Below are positions 19,347 through 28,128 of a stretch of 64,000 nt of DNA, in pieces. Under the pieces are notes generated by a model. The model did no database searches and had not been told where the DNA came from. It saw nothing but the letters and a program-made list of their open reading frames with translations. Origin of the DNA: Thermodesulfobacteriota bacterium. Lineage in GTDB: Bacteria; Desulfobacterota; Binatia; Bin18. The stretch lies in NCBI GenBank assembly GCA_964291405.2, contig OZ219926.1, positions 4,160,001 through 4,224,000 of the forward strand, written 5' to 3'. A program made the translations under genes and the position numbers. The first letter of the stretch is position 1, and each line of letters begins with the position of its first letter.

Positions 19347-20384
19347 TTAATACTCCACCGGGCGAACCAGATTCGGCTCCAGCGTGCGCACGCTGGTCTG
19401 CCCGCACAAGGCCAGGTTGGTTTCCAGTTCGTCGCGGAATAGTTCGATTGTCCGATGCACCCCGGCCGCGCCGTCCGCGGCCAGACCCCACAGCATGGGC
19501 CGGCCCATGGCAACCAGATGTGCGCCTAAGGCTAGGGCTTTAATGATGTCTGTGCCCCGACGAAAGCCGCCATCAATCACGATCTGGGCTCTACCCTCAA
19601 CCGCCTCGACAATGTCCGGCAAGGCATCAATCGTCGCCAGGGTGGAATCGAGCTGGCGGCCGCCGTGGTTCGAGACCCAAATGATTTCGGCTCCGACCTC
19701 AACGGCCAGCTTGGCGTCTTCCGGGGTCAGAATGCCCTTTAAGCCAAGCGGAACCGACAGAATGCTCTTGAGCCAGGCCACATCGTCCCAGGTCAGGCGG
19801 GTCTGATAGTCGAACTCAGGCGGCTGTTCGTTGGGGGCGATTGCCCGTGCCCGCTGCGGATCAAAACGCAGCTCAACGTCCCGCTCACGGCGGCTATAGG
19901 TCTGTACGTCAACCGTCAGGCAGACGGCGTGATAGCCCGCGGCTTCCACCCGGGCGAGCAAATCCTGACACCAGGAACGGGGGCCGCTCCAGTAGAGCTG
20001 ATATATCAAGGGGCCACGCGCCGTCTGGGCCAGGTCTTCGACCGACCAGCCGGTGACCCCGCTCACAAAGGCGAGGTTGCGGCTGGGGCTTGCTCCGCGC
20101 ACCATTTCGAGGTCGCCTTCCGGATGAAAAAGCACCAGACCGCCCATCGGCGCGATGGCAAAGGGGGTGGGAAGTTCGAGTCCCAGAAAGGTCGTGCTGA
20201 TATCGATATGGCGGACATCGCGCAGCACCCGCTGGCGGATGGCCAGGCGCTTGAGCGCCCGGCGGTTGCGGCGGCGCGTGGTTTCCGTTTCCGCGCCCCC
20301 AGCGCCAAACGCCCACGGTCCGGGCGGCAGCATGGTTTTTGCGGCGCGTCGAATTTCGCGCAAGGTCATAAAGCGGTGTGGCAT
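19347..20384 (-). CDS. FMN-dependent alpha-hydroxy acid oxidase/dehydrogenase
   Basis: QLY, LTVD...R, LKGI, VSNHGGRQLD, DGGFRRGTD, GRP. Confidence 0.9.
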   Translation of the reverse strand: MPHRFMTLREIRRAAKTMLPPGPWAFGAGGAETETTRRRNRRALKRLAIRQRVLRDVRHIDISTTFLGLELPTPFAIAPMGGLVLFHPEGDLEMVRGASPSRNLAFVSGVTGWSVEDLAQTARGPLIYQLYWSGPRSWCQDLLARVEAAGYHAVCLTVDVQTYSRRERDVELRFDPQRARAIAPNEQPPEFDYQTRLTWDDVAWLKSILSVPLGLKGILTPEDAKLAVEVGAEIIWVSNHGGRQLDSTLATIDALPDIVEAVEGRAQIVIDGGFRRGTDIIKALALGAHLVAMGRPMLWGLAADGAAGVHRTIELFRDELETNLALCGQTSVRTLEPNLVRPVEY

Positions 20385-20578
20385 GGCAGAGTCCTTTCAG
20401 GCTGGCCCTTTTTTACTTTCCATACCACACTCTTTCGGAGGCTGCTCGGTCCTTTGGCTTTCCTCGCTTGGGCCACTCCCAAGGCAGGGGAAAGACGCGA
20501 GACCGGTCGAGTTCTGCATAACGGAGGCGAAGCCGGGCGGCAAAGCGGGTACGCCCAGCCCTCGAATATCAGGGCAAC

Positions 20579-20941
20579 CTATGAAGAAGTGGGCGAAGCC
20601 GGGCGGATGCGTAATCTGCCTGGCTCGGCGGTAATGATCGCTCCAGCTTCCAGATCCGTACCGTGCGTAGCGAGTACTTGAATACAGGCTGCTGCTTGTT
20701 GACGTGCCGAGAGATTGACAAGGCGAAGAATGCCTGAGTGGCGCTGGCCGCGGACAATAACAAGTTCGCCAAAGTCCTTGTCTAAGGTCACGAGGATACG
20801 ACGGTCATGGAAAGCTCGACTGAGAATTTCTTCATCGCCTGGGTCTTCATCCCACTCGCCCGCCCACAAGACATCATGGCCAGCGGCTCTCATATCCTGG
20901 CGGACTCCGCCCCAGACACAGCTATCAAGCAGAAGCCTCAC
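20579..20941 (-). CDS. DUF5615-family PIN-like toxin
   Basis: LLLDSC, DEEIL, ILVTLDKDFGEL, HSGIL; GTGA overlap with the DUF433 gene. Confidence 0.88.
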   Translation of the reverse strand: MRLLLDSCVWGGVRQDMRAAGHDVLWAGEWDEDPGDEEILSRAFHDRRILVTLDKDFGELVIVRGQRHSGILRLVNLSARQQAAACIQVLATHGTDLEAGAIITAEPGRLRIRPASPTSS

Positions 20942-21189
20942 GAGGGGGGTTTAATAAAGAATGGCTCGACGCGTTCATGACTAACGAGCTGTCGCGCATA
21001 GAGGAGGCAAGCCTGGATATCTTCCGGCTCAAGCCAGGAATAGCCTGAAAGTATGGTATCGGCGGTATCTCCCGCTGCCAGCATACCGAGAACATGTTCG
21101 ACTGCGAGCCTTCGTCCTCGGACAATGGGCTTGCCGCCGAAGATTTTCGGATCGATAGTAATGCGTTCGAGCAGCTTGGCCTCATTCAT
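20938..21189 (-). CDS. DUF433-family antitoxin
   Basis: RITIDPKIFGGKPIVRGRRL...LEPEDIQACLLYA. Confidence 0.92.
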   Translation of the reverse strand: MNEAKLLERITIDPKIFGGKPIVRGRRLAVEHVLGMLAAGDTADTILSGYSWLEPEDIQACLLYARQLVSHERVEPFFIKPPS

Positions 21190-21301
21190 ACCTGTCTCCC
21201 AAAAACATGTTCCAAGGCCCTCCGTATCTCGTTGTCATTGTACTGGCTCCTGACTCCCGTGCAATGCTTATGCTATGAGACTCTGAAGCGACTAAGGGCA
21301 T

Positions 21302-22336
21302 ATGGACAAACACATACCCCCAACCGACCCGGCTGAAGCTGCGGCCTGGGTTGAGTTCTATTACCAGCAGGGCTGGAGTGACGGGTTGCCGCTTGTCCCG
21401 CCAACCGAAGAGTCGGTCCGGGCGATGCTGGAGGCCGGACAGGTCAAGGCGGAGGAGAATCTGGGGACTATTGCGGAACGGAACGTGACCATCCCGGCTG
21501 AGAAGGTAGCCATCAACGCGGTGATGGCCGGCTGTTTGCCCGAGTATTTCCCCGTTGTGCTGGCTGCGGTGCGGGGCCTGTGCCGACCCGAGTTTCACTA
21601 TCACAATCCGGCAACCAGCACCGGCGGGTCGGCGCTTACCCTGATCGTGAACGGCCCGATTGGTCCCACGCTCGGGATCAACGCGACCCATAACGCCTTT
21701 GGGCCGGGATTTCGTCCCAATGCAACCATCGGTCGGGCGCTCCGTCTGGTCATGCTTAACGTGCTCAATACCCGCCCTGGCCTGCTGGATAAGGCCACTT
21801 TGGGCTCACCGGGGAAATATGCGTTCTGTTTTGCCGAGAATGAAGAAAACCATCCCTGGCAGCCGCTCCACGTTGAACGCGGCTTTCGACCCGAGGACAG
21901 TACGGTGACGTTGTACGCGTCCAATACGCTCATGGGGGTGTATAACCAGTTGGCCAGCACGCCCGAGCCTCTGCTGCTGGAATTTGCCGATGCTGTGTGT
22001 AATCTCGCCTCGCCAAACGTATACGGGTTTAATCAGAGCCTGCTGGTGCTCGCCGGCGAGCATGCCGAAATCATCAAACACAGCGGCTGGAGCCGGCGAC
22101 AGGTCCAGGAGCGGGTGATTCAGCAGGCGCGACGGAGTGTGGCGGATTTCAAACGGGCCGGACGTCTGCCGGGGGAGATTAGTCCCGAAGATGCAACAAC
22201 GTGGCGCTATGTCATGCGTGACCCAGATGATGTGTTGATTGTCTGCGCGGGAGCCCAGGGCGGGAGTTGGTCGGCGTGCTTACCAGGCTGGGGGAATAAG
22301 TGGACGCGTAGCGTGACCGAACTGGTGCGGGTGTAA
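21302..22336 (+). CDS. Conserved protein of the family typically encoded next to UGSC (seleno)proteins
   Basis: GWSDGLPLVPPT, KVAINAVMAGCLPEYFP, NATIGRALRL, FAENEE, PLHVERG. Confidence 0.75.
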   Translation: MDKHIPPTDPAEAAAWVEFYYQQGWSDGLPLVPPTEESVRAMLEAGQVKAEENLGTIAERNVTIPAEKVAINAVMAGCLPEYFPVVLAAVRGLCRPEFHYHNPATSTGGSALTLIVNGPIGPTLGINATHNAFGPGFRPNATIGRALRLVMLNVLNTRPGLLDKATLGSPGKYAFCFAENEENHPWQPLHVERGFRPEDSTVTLYASNTLMGVYNQLASTPEPLLLEFADAVCNLASPNVYGFNQSLLVLAGEHAEIIKHSGWSRRQVQERVIQQARRSVADFKRAGRLPGEISPEDATTWRYVMRDPDDVLIVCAGAQGGSWSACLPGWGNKWTRSVTELVRV

Positions 22337-22360
22337 CTGGGACATAAAGGAGGAAGACGA

Positions 22361-22903
22361 ATGCATCGTACGGTTTTTGATCCGACTCTCCCCTTGGAAA
22401 CCCAGGAATTTGTGTATGCGCAGCGACCCGGCTCGTTCCGGGGGCTGCGGGTTGGAGTGGTTGAAAACACCAAATTCAATTCCAAGGAGTTGCTGTGCAA
22501 GGTGGCCGAGCGGCTGGAGCGGCAGCACGGCATACGCCTGGTATCCGTGAATCGTAAGCAGTCATCCGGCCATACCGTCAGCCAAGAAACGATTTCGCTG
22601 TTTCGGCAACAGGTCGATATTGTGCTGGCCGGCGTAGGTGATTGAGGGTCGTGCAGTTCGAGCAGTGTGCTCGACGGACTGAAATTGGAGCGAGCTGGTG
22701 TCCCCACTGCGGCTATCGTCACCACACCCTTTATTGCCACCGGCCGCGCTATGGCCGCCAGTTGGGGGGTCAAGGACTACCGGTTTCTGGTGACTGCCCA
22801 CCCCATCGCCAACCTGACAGAAGACGAGTTGGACACCCGGGCGGACGAACTGGCGGCACAAGTGCTAGACTTTTTTCAAAGCGCCGGTTCTGCTTCGGAT
22901 TGA
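22361..22903 (+). CDS. UGSC-family selenoprotein (180 aa; Sec encoded by TGA 22643-22645)
   Basis: ORFs 22361-22645 and 22667-22903 are in the same frame and read VLAGVGD-TGA-GSCSSSSVLDGLKLERAGVPT (UxxC). A SECIS-like hairpin follows; AAGGAGG RBS at the first ATG. Confidence 0.88.
22656..22675 (+). promoter_or_regulatory. Bacterial SECIS-like hairpin
   Basis: G-(bulged T)-TCGAGCA-GTG-TGCTCGA-C: a perfect 7-bp stem with a G-initiated loop separated from the TGA by 19 nt. Confidence 0.75.
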
Positions 22904-22990
22904 CACCCCCGAAGGGGCATTGTAACAATAACGCCTCATACGAATACGGGAGTTTTCAATACTCACCGGCGCATTCACGGAGGAGGGAAG

Positions 22991-24145
22991 GTGTTTCAAA
23001 CCTCACGGCTACCGTATGCAGGGGCCATTGATGCCGATGGCCATATTAATGAACCCGCCGATCTGTGGGAGCGGTATATTGACCCGGAATATCGGGAGCA
23101 GGCCATCCGGATTCGGCCCGGCCCGGACGGGCTCGACCATCTGGAACTGAACGGCCAGCGTTCGCGCTATTTTGACGCGGAAATCCTGGCCCGTGGCACC
23201 AGCATGGGCAGCACATTTGAAGAGCGTACCGGCATTAAGCAACAGGGCTACACCAAAAGCGTCCCCTTTGGAGGAAACGATCCTCAAGAACGCCTGGCCC
23301 TACTCGATCAGGAAAACCTGGCCAAAGCGCTGATCTATCCAACGATCTGTCTGGAATGGGAAACAGAAGTCACCGACCATGATCTGGCCCAGGCCTACAC
23401 CCGCGCCTATAACCGCTGGATCGTGGATTTTTGTTCCGATTCCGGTGGCCGGCTGATTCCGATCGCCCATATCTGTCTCACTTCAGGTGAAGCTGCGGCT
23501 CAGGAACTGGAACGGGCCGTCAAAGCCGGGGCCAAGGGTGCTTTTGTCTCACCTTATACGCTGACCGACAAAGCTCATGGGCATAAGGATCACGATCCGT
23601 TCTGGGCTATGGCCCAGGACCTGGATGTCCCGATCGGGATTCATCCGGTGGCCGAGCCGCCGAACCGCCGCGTCTACCAGCGCTTTCGGGAGATGTATAA
23701 ATGGGGCGAGTGGTGGGTGGACATGCTGGGCGGCCAGGGTCCCCAGCAGGCCTTCTTGGGCCTGTTCCAATACGGTCTGTTCGACCGTTTTCCCACCGTA
23801 AAGGTTGTCGTGCTCGAATCCGGAGCGGGCTGGATCGGGCATATGCTCGACCGCATGGACGCCGCGTATAAGACCGCCCTTGGCAGAAGCGTCCCGCTCA
23901 AAGAAGTCCCGAGCTACTACTTCCAGCGCCAGTGTTGGATATCGGCCGACCCGGATGAGCGTGCTCTGCCATACCTGATTGAGTATATCGGCGCGGACAA
24001 GTTTTTCTGGGCGAGTGATTTCCCCCACGACGATCATACCTGCGACTATATTAAAGACCTGACGAAGATGGTGGAGCCGCTGTCTGAAGAGAGTCGGCGG
24101 AAAGTCCTGGGTGAGAATGTAGCCGGCGTGTACGGGCTGTCCTGA
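22991..24145 (+). CDS. Amidohydrolase_2 family metal-dependent hydrolase
   Basis: IDADGHINEP, YNRWIVDFC, PIGIH, LESGAGW, WASDFPH; GTG start with GGAGG RBS. Confidence 0.9.
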   Translation: MFQTSRLPYAGAIDADGHINEPADLWERYIDPEYREQAIRIRPGPDGLDHLELNGQRSRYFDAEILARGTSMGSTFEERTGIKQQGYTKSVPFGGNDPQERLALLDQENLAKALIYPTICLEWETEVTDHDLAQAYTRAYNRWIVDFCSDSGGRLIPIAHICLTSGEAAAQELERAVKAGAKGAFVSPYTLTDKAHGHKDHDPFWAMAQDLDVPIGIHPVAEPPNRRVYQRFREMYKWGEWWVDMLGGQGPQQAFLGLFQYGLFDRFPTVKVVVLESGAGWIGHMLDRMDAAYKTALGRSVPLKEVPSYYFQRQCWISADPDERALPYLIEYIGADKFFWASDFPHDDHTCDYIKDLTKMVEPLSEESRRKVLGENVAGVYGLS

Positions 24146-24197
24146 CCCCAAGCGCACCTCTGTACACAGAAACGAATAACCAAAAAAGGAGTAGGTT

Positions 24198-25316
24198 ATG
24201 CAATTCGGTATGCTGTACGAAATGGAAACGCCCCGCCCGTGGAACAAGCTGAGTGAGTACAACGTCTACCACGAAGCCCTGGCCCAGATCGAACGGGCCG
24301 ACCAGGTTGGCTTTGACTATGTGTGGGAGGTTGAGCATCATTTTCTGGAGGAATACTCCCACAGCCCGGCCCCCGAGGTGTTCTACGGGGCGGTCTCGCA
24401 GCGCACCAAGAACATCCGTATCGCCCACGGCGTGCGCCTCCTGCCGCACCGCTTCAACCACCCCATCAAGGTGGCGGAACAGGCCGCCGTGCTCGACATT
24501 CTGAGCAACGGGCGGATGGACCTGGGTACGGGGCGGTCAACCACGGCCCAGGAGCTGGACGGATTTGGGGTGGATTACGATCGGACGCGTGAAGAGGTGC
24601 GTGAGGCCCTCGATGTGATCGTGAAAGCCTGGACCGAAGAAATCCTGGAATACAACGGTAAAACTATTCAGGTCCCGCCCCGGCGGGTCGTGCCCAAGCC
24701 CATTCAAGAGCCACATCCGCCGATGTGGATGGCCTGCGTAGCACCGGACAGCTATGAGATGGCTGCCGACCGCGGCCTCGGTGTGCTCAGCTTCAATCTG
24801 AACTGGGAACAGGTCCAGAAGACCATGGACACCTACCGGGAGAAGTGTAAAGACCGCAGCGACGTGGTGTCGCAGGTGATCAACGAGCGGTTTGCCGGGG
24901 TGGCCATCTGTCATGTGGCCGAGAACAAAGAGGAAGAGGCGATCGGCATCGACGGGGCACGTTGGTTTCTGCACAACGTGGCCAAGCTGTTTGAGCCCCT
25001 GATGGTCAAGAACAATCTGTACTCATACGAATATCTGCGCACCCTGTTCGACCTGGAAGCGGATGCCAACGATTTGAGCGACGCGCAGATCAAAGAGCAC
25101 CCCATGGTCACGGTCGGCAATCCGGATGAGGTCAACCGCAAGCTCGAAAACTTTGACCAGGCCGGTCTGGATCAGGTGATTTTCTTCAAGCAGGCCGGTC
25201 GGATTCCGCACAAGAACATCATGCGCTCGATTAATCGGATCGGGCAGTATGTGATTCCGTATTTTAATCCGCATAAAGCGGGACCGACTGAGGAGACGCT
25301 GTTCTCAGCAAAATAA
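24198..25316 (+). CDS. LLM-class flavin-dependent monooxygenase
   Basis: WEVEHHFLEEYSHSPAP, NHPIKVAE, LSNGRMDLGTGRS, PKPIQEPHPP. Confidence 0.9.
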   Translation: MQFGMLYEMETPRPWNKLSEYNVYHEALAQIERADQVGFDYVWEVEHHFLEEYSHSPAPEVFYGAVSQRTKNIRIAHGVRLLPHRFNHPIKVAEQAAVLDILSNGRMDLGTGRSTTAQELDGFGVDYDRTREEVREALDVIVKAWTEEILEYNGKTIQVPPRRVVPKPIQEPHPPMWMACVAPDSYEMAADRGLGVLSFNLNWEQVQKTMDTYREKCKDRSDVVSQVINERFAGVAICHVAENKEEEAIGIDGARWFLHNVAKLFEPLMVKNNLYSYEYLRTLFDLEADANDLSDAQIKEHPMVTVGNPDEVNRKLENFDQAGLDQVIFFKQAGRIPHKNIMRSINRIGQYVIPYFNPHKAGPTEETLFSAK

Positions 25317-25342
25317 GGCTGCCGCACAAGGAGAAGTCATAC

Positions 25343-26446
25343 ATGCTCAAGCCCATTATCTCTTCCGATTCGCATATTACCGAACCACCAGGCACCTATG
25401 TGGATCGCATTGACAAGAAGTACAGAGATACCGCGCCGCACATGATTCACGACGAGAAGAAGGGTGATCTATTCGTCATCAGCGGCATGAAGCAGCCGGT
25501 CCCCATGGGGCTGGTTGCCGCAGCCGGACAGAAGGCTGAAGACCTTGCCATGTTCGGTGCCAAGTTTGAGGACTTGCACCGGGGCGGCTGGGACCCGGAA
25601 GCACGTCTGGCCGACCAGGACCGGGACGGCGTGGCTGCCGAGGTGATCTATCCCACCGTGGGGATGCTGCTGTGTAATCACTCCGACTTTGACTACAAGA
25701 AGGCCTGCTTTGACGCCTATAACGAATGGATCGCGGAATACTGCTCCGCCCATCCGGACCGCCTGCTCGGCCTGGGCCAGACCGCCATGCGCTCGGTCGA
25801 TGAGGGCATAGACGATCTGCGCAAGATCAAAGAGCTGGGTCTGCGCGGGGTGATGATGCCGGGCAACCCCCAGGTGTCCGATTACGACGACCCGCTCTAT
25901 GACGTGTTCTGGCAGGCTGCCATCGATATGCAGATGCCGCTGAGTTTTCACATTCTCACCAGCCGGAGCGATGTGGTCGGTTCCTCTCCACGCGGGCCCA
26001 AGCTGAACGGCTTCCTGTCTATTATTCGGGGCAACCAGGACCTGATGGGGACGTTTATTCTGGGTGGCGTGTTTGAACGTAACCCCAAACTGAAAATCGT
26101 GTGTGTCGAAGCCGACGCCGGCTGGGTGCCGCACTACATGTACCGCATGGATCATGCCTACGATCGGCACCGCTACTGGCTGAAACCCGGCCAGGAACTG
26201 TCAAAGATGCCGAGCGAGTATTTCAGCGAGCATATCTACACGACCTTTCAGGACGACTGGGTGGCGTTCCGGATGAAAGATATGTGCAACCCGCGCCGTC
26301 TGATGTGGGCCAACGACTTCCCGCACAGCGACTCGACCTGGCCGTGGTCACAGGAACTCCTGAAGGAGCATACGGCGCATCTCACGGAAGAAGAGAAGAA
26401 CTGGATTCTTCACGACAACGTGGCCGAGCTGTATAACCTGGACTAA
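25343..26446 (+). CDS. Amidohydrolase_2 family metal-dependent hydrolase
   Basis: SSDSHITEP, DQDRDGVAAEVIYPT, LSFH, VEADAGW, WANDFPHSDSTWP. Confidence 0.9.
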   Translation: MLKPIISSDSHITEPPGTYVDRIDKKYRDTAPHMIHDEKKGDLFVISGMKQPVPMGLVAAAGQKAEDLAMFGAKFEDLHRGGWDPEARLADQDRDGVAAEVIYPTVGMLLCNHSDFDYKKACFDAYNEWIAEYCSAHPDRLLGLGQTAMRSVDEGIDDLRKIKELGLRGVMMPGNPQVSDYDDPLYDVFWQAAIDMQMPLSFHILTSRSDVVGSSPRGPKLNGFLSIIRGNQDLMGTFILGGVFERNPKLKIVCVEADAGWVPHYMYRMDHAYDRHRYWLKPGQELSKMPSEYFSEHIYTTFQDDWVAFRMKDMCNPRRLMWANDFPHSDSTWPWSQELLKEHTAHLTEEEKNWILHDNVAELYNLD

Positions 26447-26469
26447 AAGACTGGCGAGCGTACAAACCG

Positions 26470-26497
26470 GGGCGTCCAAAACGGACGCCCTTTTTTT
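26470..26497 (+). terminator. Rho-independent terminator
   Basis: GGGCGTCC-AAAAC-GGACGCCC followed by T7. Confidence 0.88.
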
Positions 26498-26536
26498 GTC
26501 GCCTTCCGGGGTCGGATCGTGGAGGGCAAGCCGCTC

Positions 26537-26800
26537 CTAGGCATCAACCTTCTCGGCCAGCCAGACTTTGATGGGCGACTGATACGGAACATCTCGCTTG
26601 TTGGCCGCGATCTTGATCCGCTCCAGCAGATCGACGGGTAACCTGAGGGAAATCGCTTTGGTGGACGGTTTGAGGTTGGGGAACCGGGCACGTTCGGCTC
26701 GACTCCAGTCCACATAATCGGTCGAATCGTGGCTTTCCCAAAAGACTCGCTCTTCCGCCTCACTCTTGAAGGGGGGAATGGATTTACGTTTCCTGCTCAT
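26537..26800 (-). CDS. brnA: BrnA/CopG-like antitoxin
   Basis: IPPFKSEAEERVFWESHDSTDYVDW...ISLRLP...KRDVPYQS.IK.WL. Confidence 0.88.
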   Translation of the reverse strand: MSRKRKSIPPFKSEAEERVFWESHDSTDYVDWSRAERARFPNLKPSTKAISLRLPVDLLERIKIAANKRDVPYQSPIKVWLAEKVDA

Positions 26801-26876
26801 AACGGGTTCGCTCCTTACGGCTCATATCTCGGGCGGAGATGACGCGAATCAGTGTGTTTTTAACATACTTGAGGAA
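26784..26876 (-). pseudogene. brnT: C-terminal remnant of BrnT toxin
   Basis: The minus strand reads stop-FLKYVKNTLIRVISARDMSRKERTRYEQET-stop, overlapping the brnA start. The IRVISAR..RKER signature is present but the N-terminal two-thirds is missing. Confidence 0.8.
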
Positions 26877-26960
26877 TCAAGGGAGTCTATAATGACCGGC
26901 GTCGAAAAGATGTGATACGGTCCAATCTCGACGTGCATTAACAAGTAGAGAGACACCGGC

Positions 26961-27542
26961 ATGGAGAACACAAAGGACGCGGGGAACAGACAGGAGCCTG
27001 AGGGCGTCATTGACCTCAGACAAGAGTTGATTGACCTGTATGCCAGCGAACAAATGCTGGCGTTCTTTGAGTTCACGCTTGAGCGCCCTGGAAACGAGGC
27101 GCTTTCCGGGCTGTGCCGCATTGCCCAGCCAAAGCCCCACCGCTCGACGCTACGCTATCTCTCCCTCATTTTTCTGGTTGACACCCATGACTCCGCAACC
27201 CGACTCGTCGTCCAGAAAGCCCTGGCCCGGCTTGAGGGCAACGCCCTGAAAACAGCCGTGCCCGGCATGACGGACGGCGCTATCATCTCAAGCCTGAATT
27301 CCAGCACCGAGAACTATATCGCCCAGACGGACCTGCTGCTGGAAAGCGCGGTGAACAAGGCATTCATCACGACCCAACTCATTCCTGCCATCGCCCGCAT
27401 CGCCCAGTTCCACCTGACTCACATTGAGTGGTGGGAGGAGAGCCGCAGTATGGCTTCCCCCCCAGCCGACACGCCATCCGCGCCGTCCTCCTTGCTGGCT
27501 ACGGTCCGGGACTGGTTTCGGCGAAGTACCGAGCGCCGCTAG
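26961..27542 (+). CDS. Hypothetical protein
   Basis: A 193-aa ATG ORF fills the gap; TATAAT lies upstream at 26888; no family recognised. Confidence 0.6.
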   Translation: MENTKDAGNRQEPEGVIDLRQELIDLYASEQMLAFFEFTLERPGNEALSGLCRIAQPKPHRSTLRYLSLIFLVDTHDSATRLVVQKALARLEGNALKTAVPGMTDGAIISSLNSSTENYIAQTDLLLESAVNKAFITTQLIPAIARIAQFHLTHIEWWEESRSMASPPADTPSAPSSLLATVRDWFRRSTERR

Positions 27543-27576
27543 TCAGGAAGCCTATTTTTTGTTCATAGGGATAACC

Positions 27577-27801
27577 ATGCTCGCCAAGCTCACGTCCAAA
27601 AATCAACTGACCCTCCCGAAAGCAGTGTTGTCCGATTTCAAAGGCATCGAGTATTTTGAGGTGACTGAGGAGAACGGTCGTATCGTATTAACGCCTGTGC
27701 GTTTTTCACGGGCGGGTGCCGCGCGGGCCAAGCTAGCCGAACTCGGGCTATCTGAGGCTGGCATTGCTGAGGCAGTAGTGTGGTCGCGTCGTACCGGATG
27801 A
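27577..27801 (+). CDS. AbrB/MazE/SpoVT-family antitoxin (orphan)
   Basis: MLAKLTSKNQLTLPK...YFEV...GRIVLTPV. Confidence 0.85.
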   Translation: MLAKLTSKNQLTLPKAVLSDFKGIEYFEVTEENGRIVLTPVRFSRAGAARAKLAELGLSEAGIAEAVVWSRRTG

Positions 27802-27819
27802 GCCCAGTCTCCACCTCTT

Positions 27820-28029
27820 ATGAGCAGCCGTATTCATAAACACAATAAAGGGCGTCGGTGGGACTATTGGGTCTGCGCTGCCTGTGACAGGCAGGTCCAC
27901 CGGTTCATGACGCTGTTCGCGTCCCGTCGTAAATACTGTTCCGACCGCTGTAAGGAGCTTGCAGCCGAGGCACGCGCCGAGGTCAAGAAGGCTGAGAAAG
28001 ACCGTCAAACCGGGAGGACGCTACATTGA
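27820..28029 (+). CDS. Small basic zinc-finger protein
   Basis: CAAC...KYCSDRC treble-clef-like motif followed by a charged helix. Confidence 0.5.
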   Translation: MSSRIHKHNKGRRWDYWVCAACDRQVHRFMTLFASRRKYCSDRCKELAAEARAEVKKAEKDRQTGRTLH

Positions 28030-28055
28030 GGGCACCGTTGCCTCGTACCGCCTGT

Positions 28056-28092
28056 CCCCTCGCCCCTTGGGGGAGAGGGCTAGGGAGAGGGG
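28056..28092. repeat. REP-like element CCCCTCGCCCC-TT-GGGGGAGAGGG...AGGGAGAGGGG
   Basis: Imperfect GC hairpin plus an AGGG-GAGGGG tail in an intergenic gap. Confidence 0.55.
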
Positions 28093-28128
28093 CAATTTCG
28101 AGATAAGCGCCACAGTCAGCGCTCTACG

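Noticed and set aside
19347-20384. Mycofactocin MftD
   Set aside because: Only generic alpha-hydroxy acid oxidase motifs are present, with no mftA/B/C neighbours in the window.
20385-20578. Riboswitch or ncRNA in the leader of the hydroxy-acid oxidase
   Set aside because: Short hairpins are present but match no family I can recognise; an Rfam/Infernal scan would be needed.
20526-20606. 15-bp direct repeat GGCGAAGCCGGGCGG (20526 and 20592) as an att site for the DUF433/DUF5615 module
   Set aside because: Both copies lie on the same side of the module, are GC-rich, and no integrase is nearby.
28027-28050. Second selenoprotein by read-through of TGA-GGG-CAC-CGT-TGC
   Set aside because: Spacing is UxxxC rather than UxxC, and the continuation runs into a REP-like repeat with no recognisable domain.
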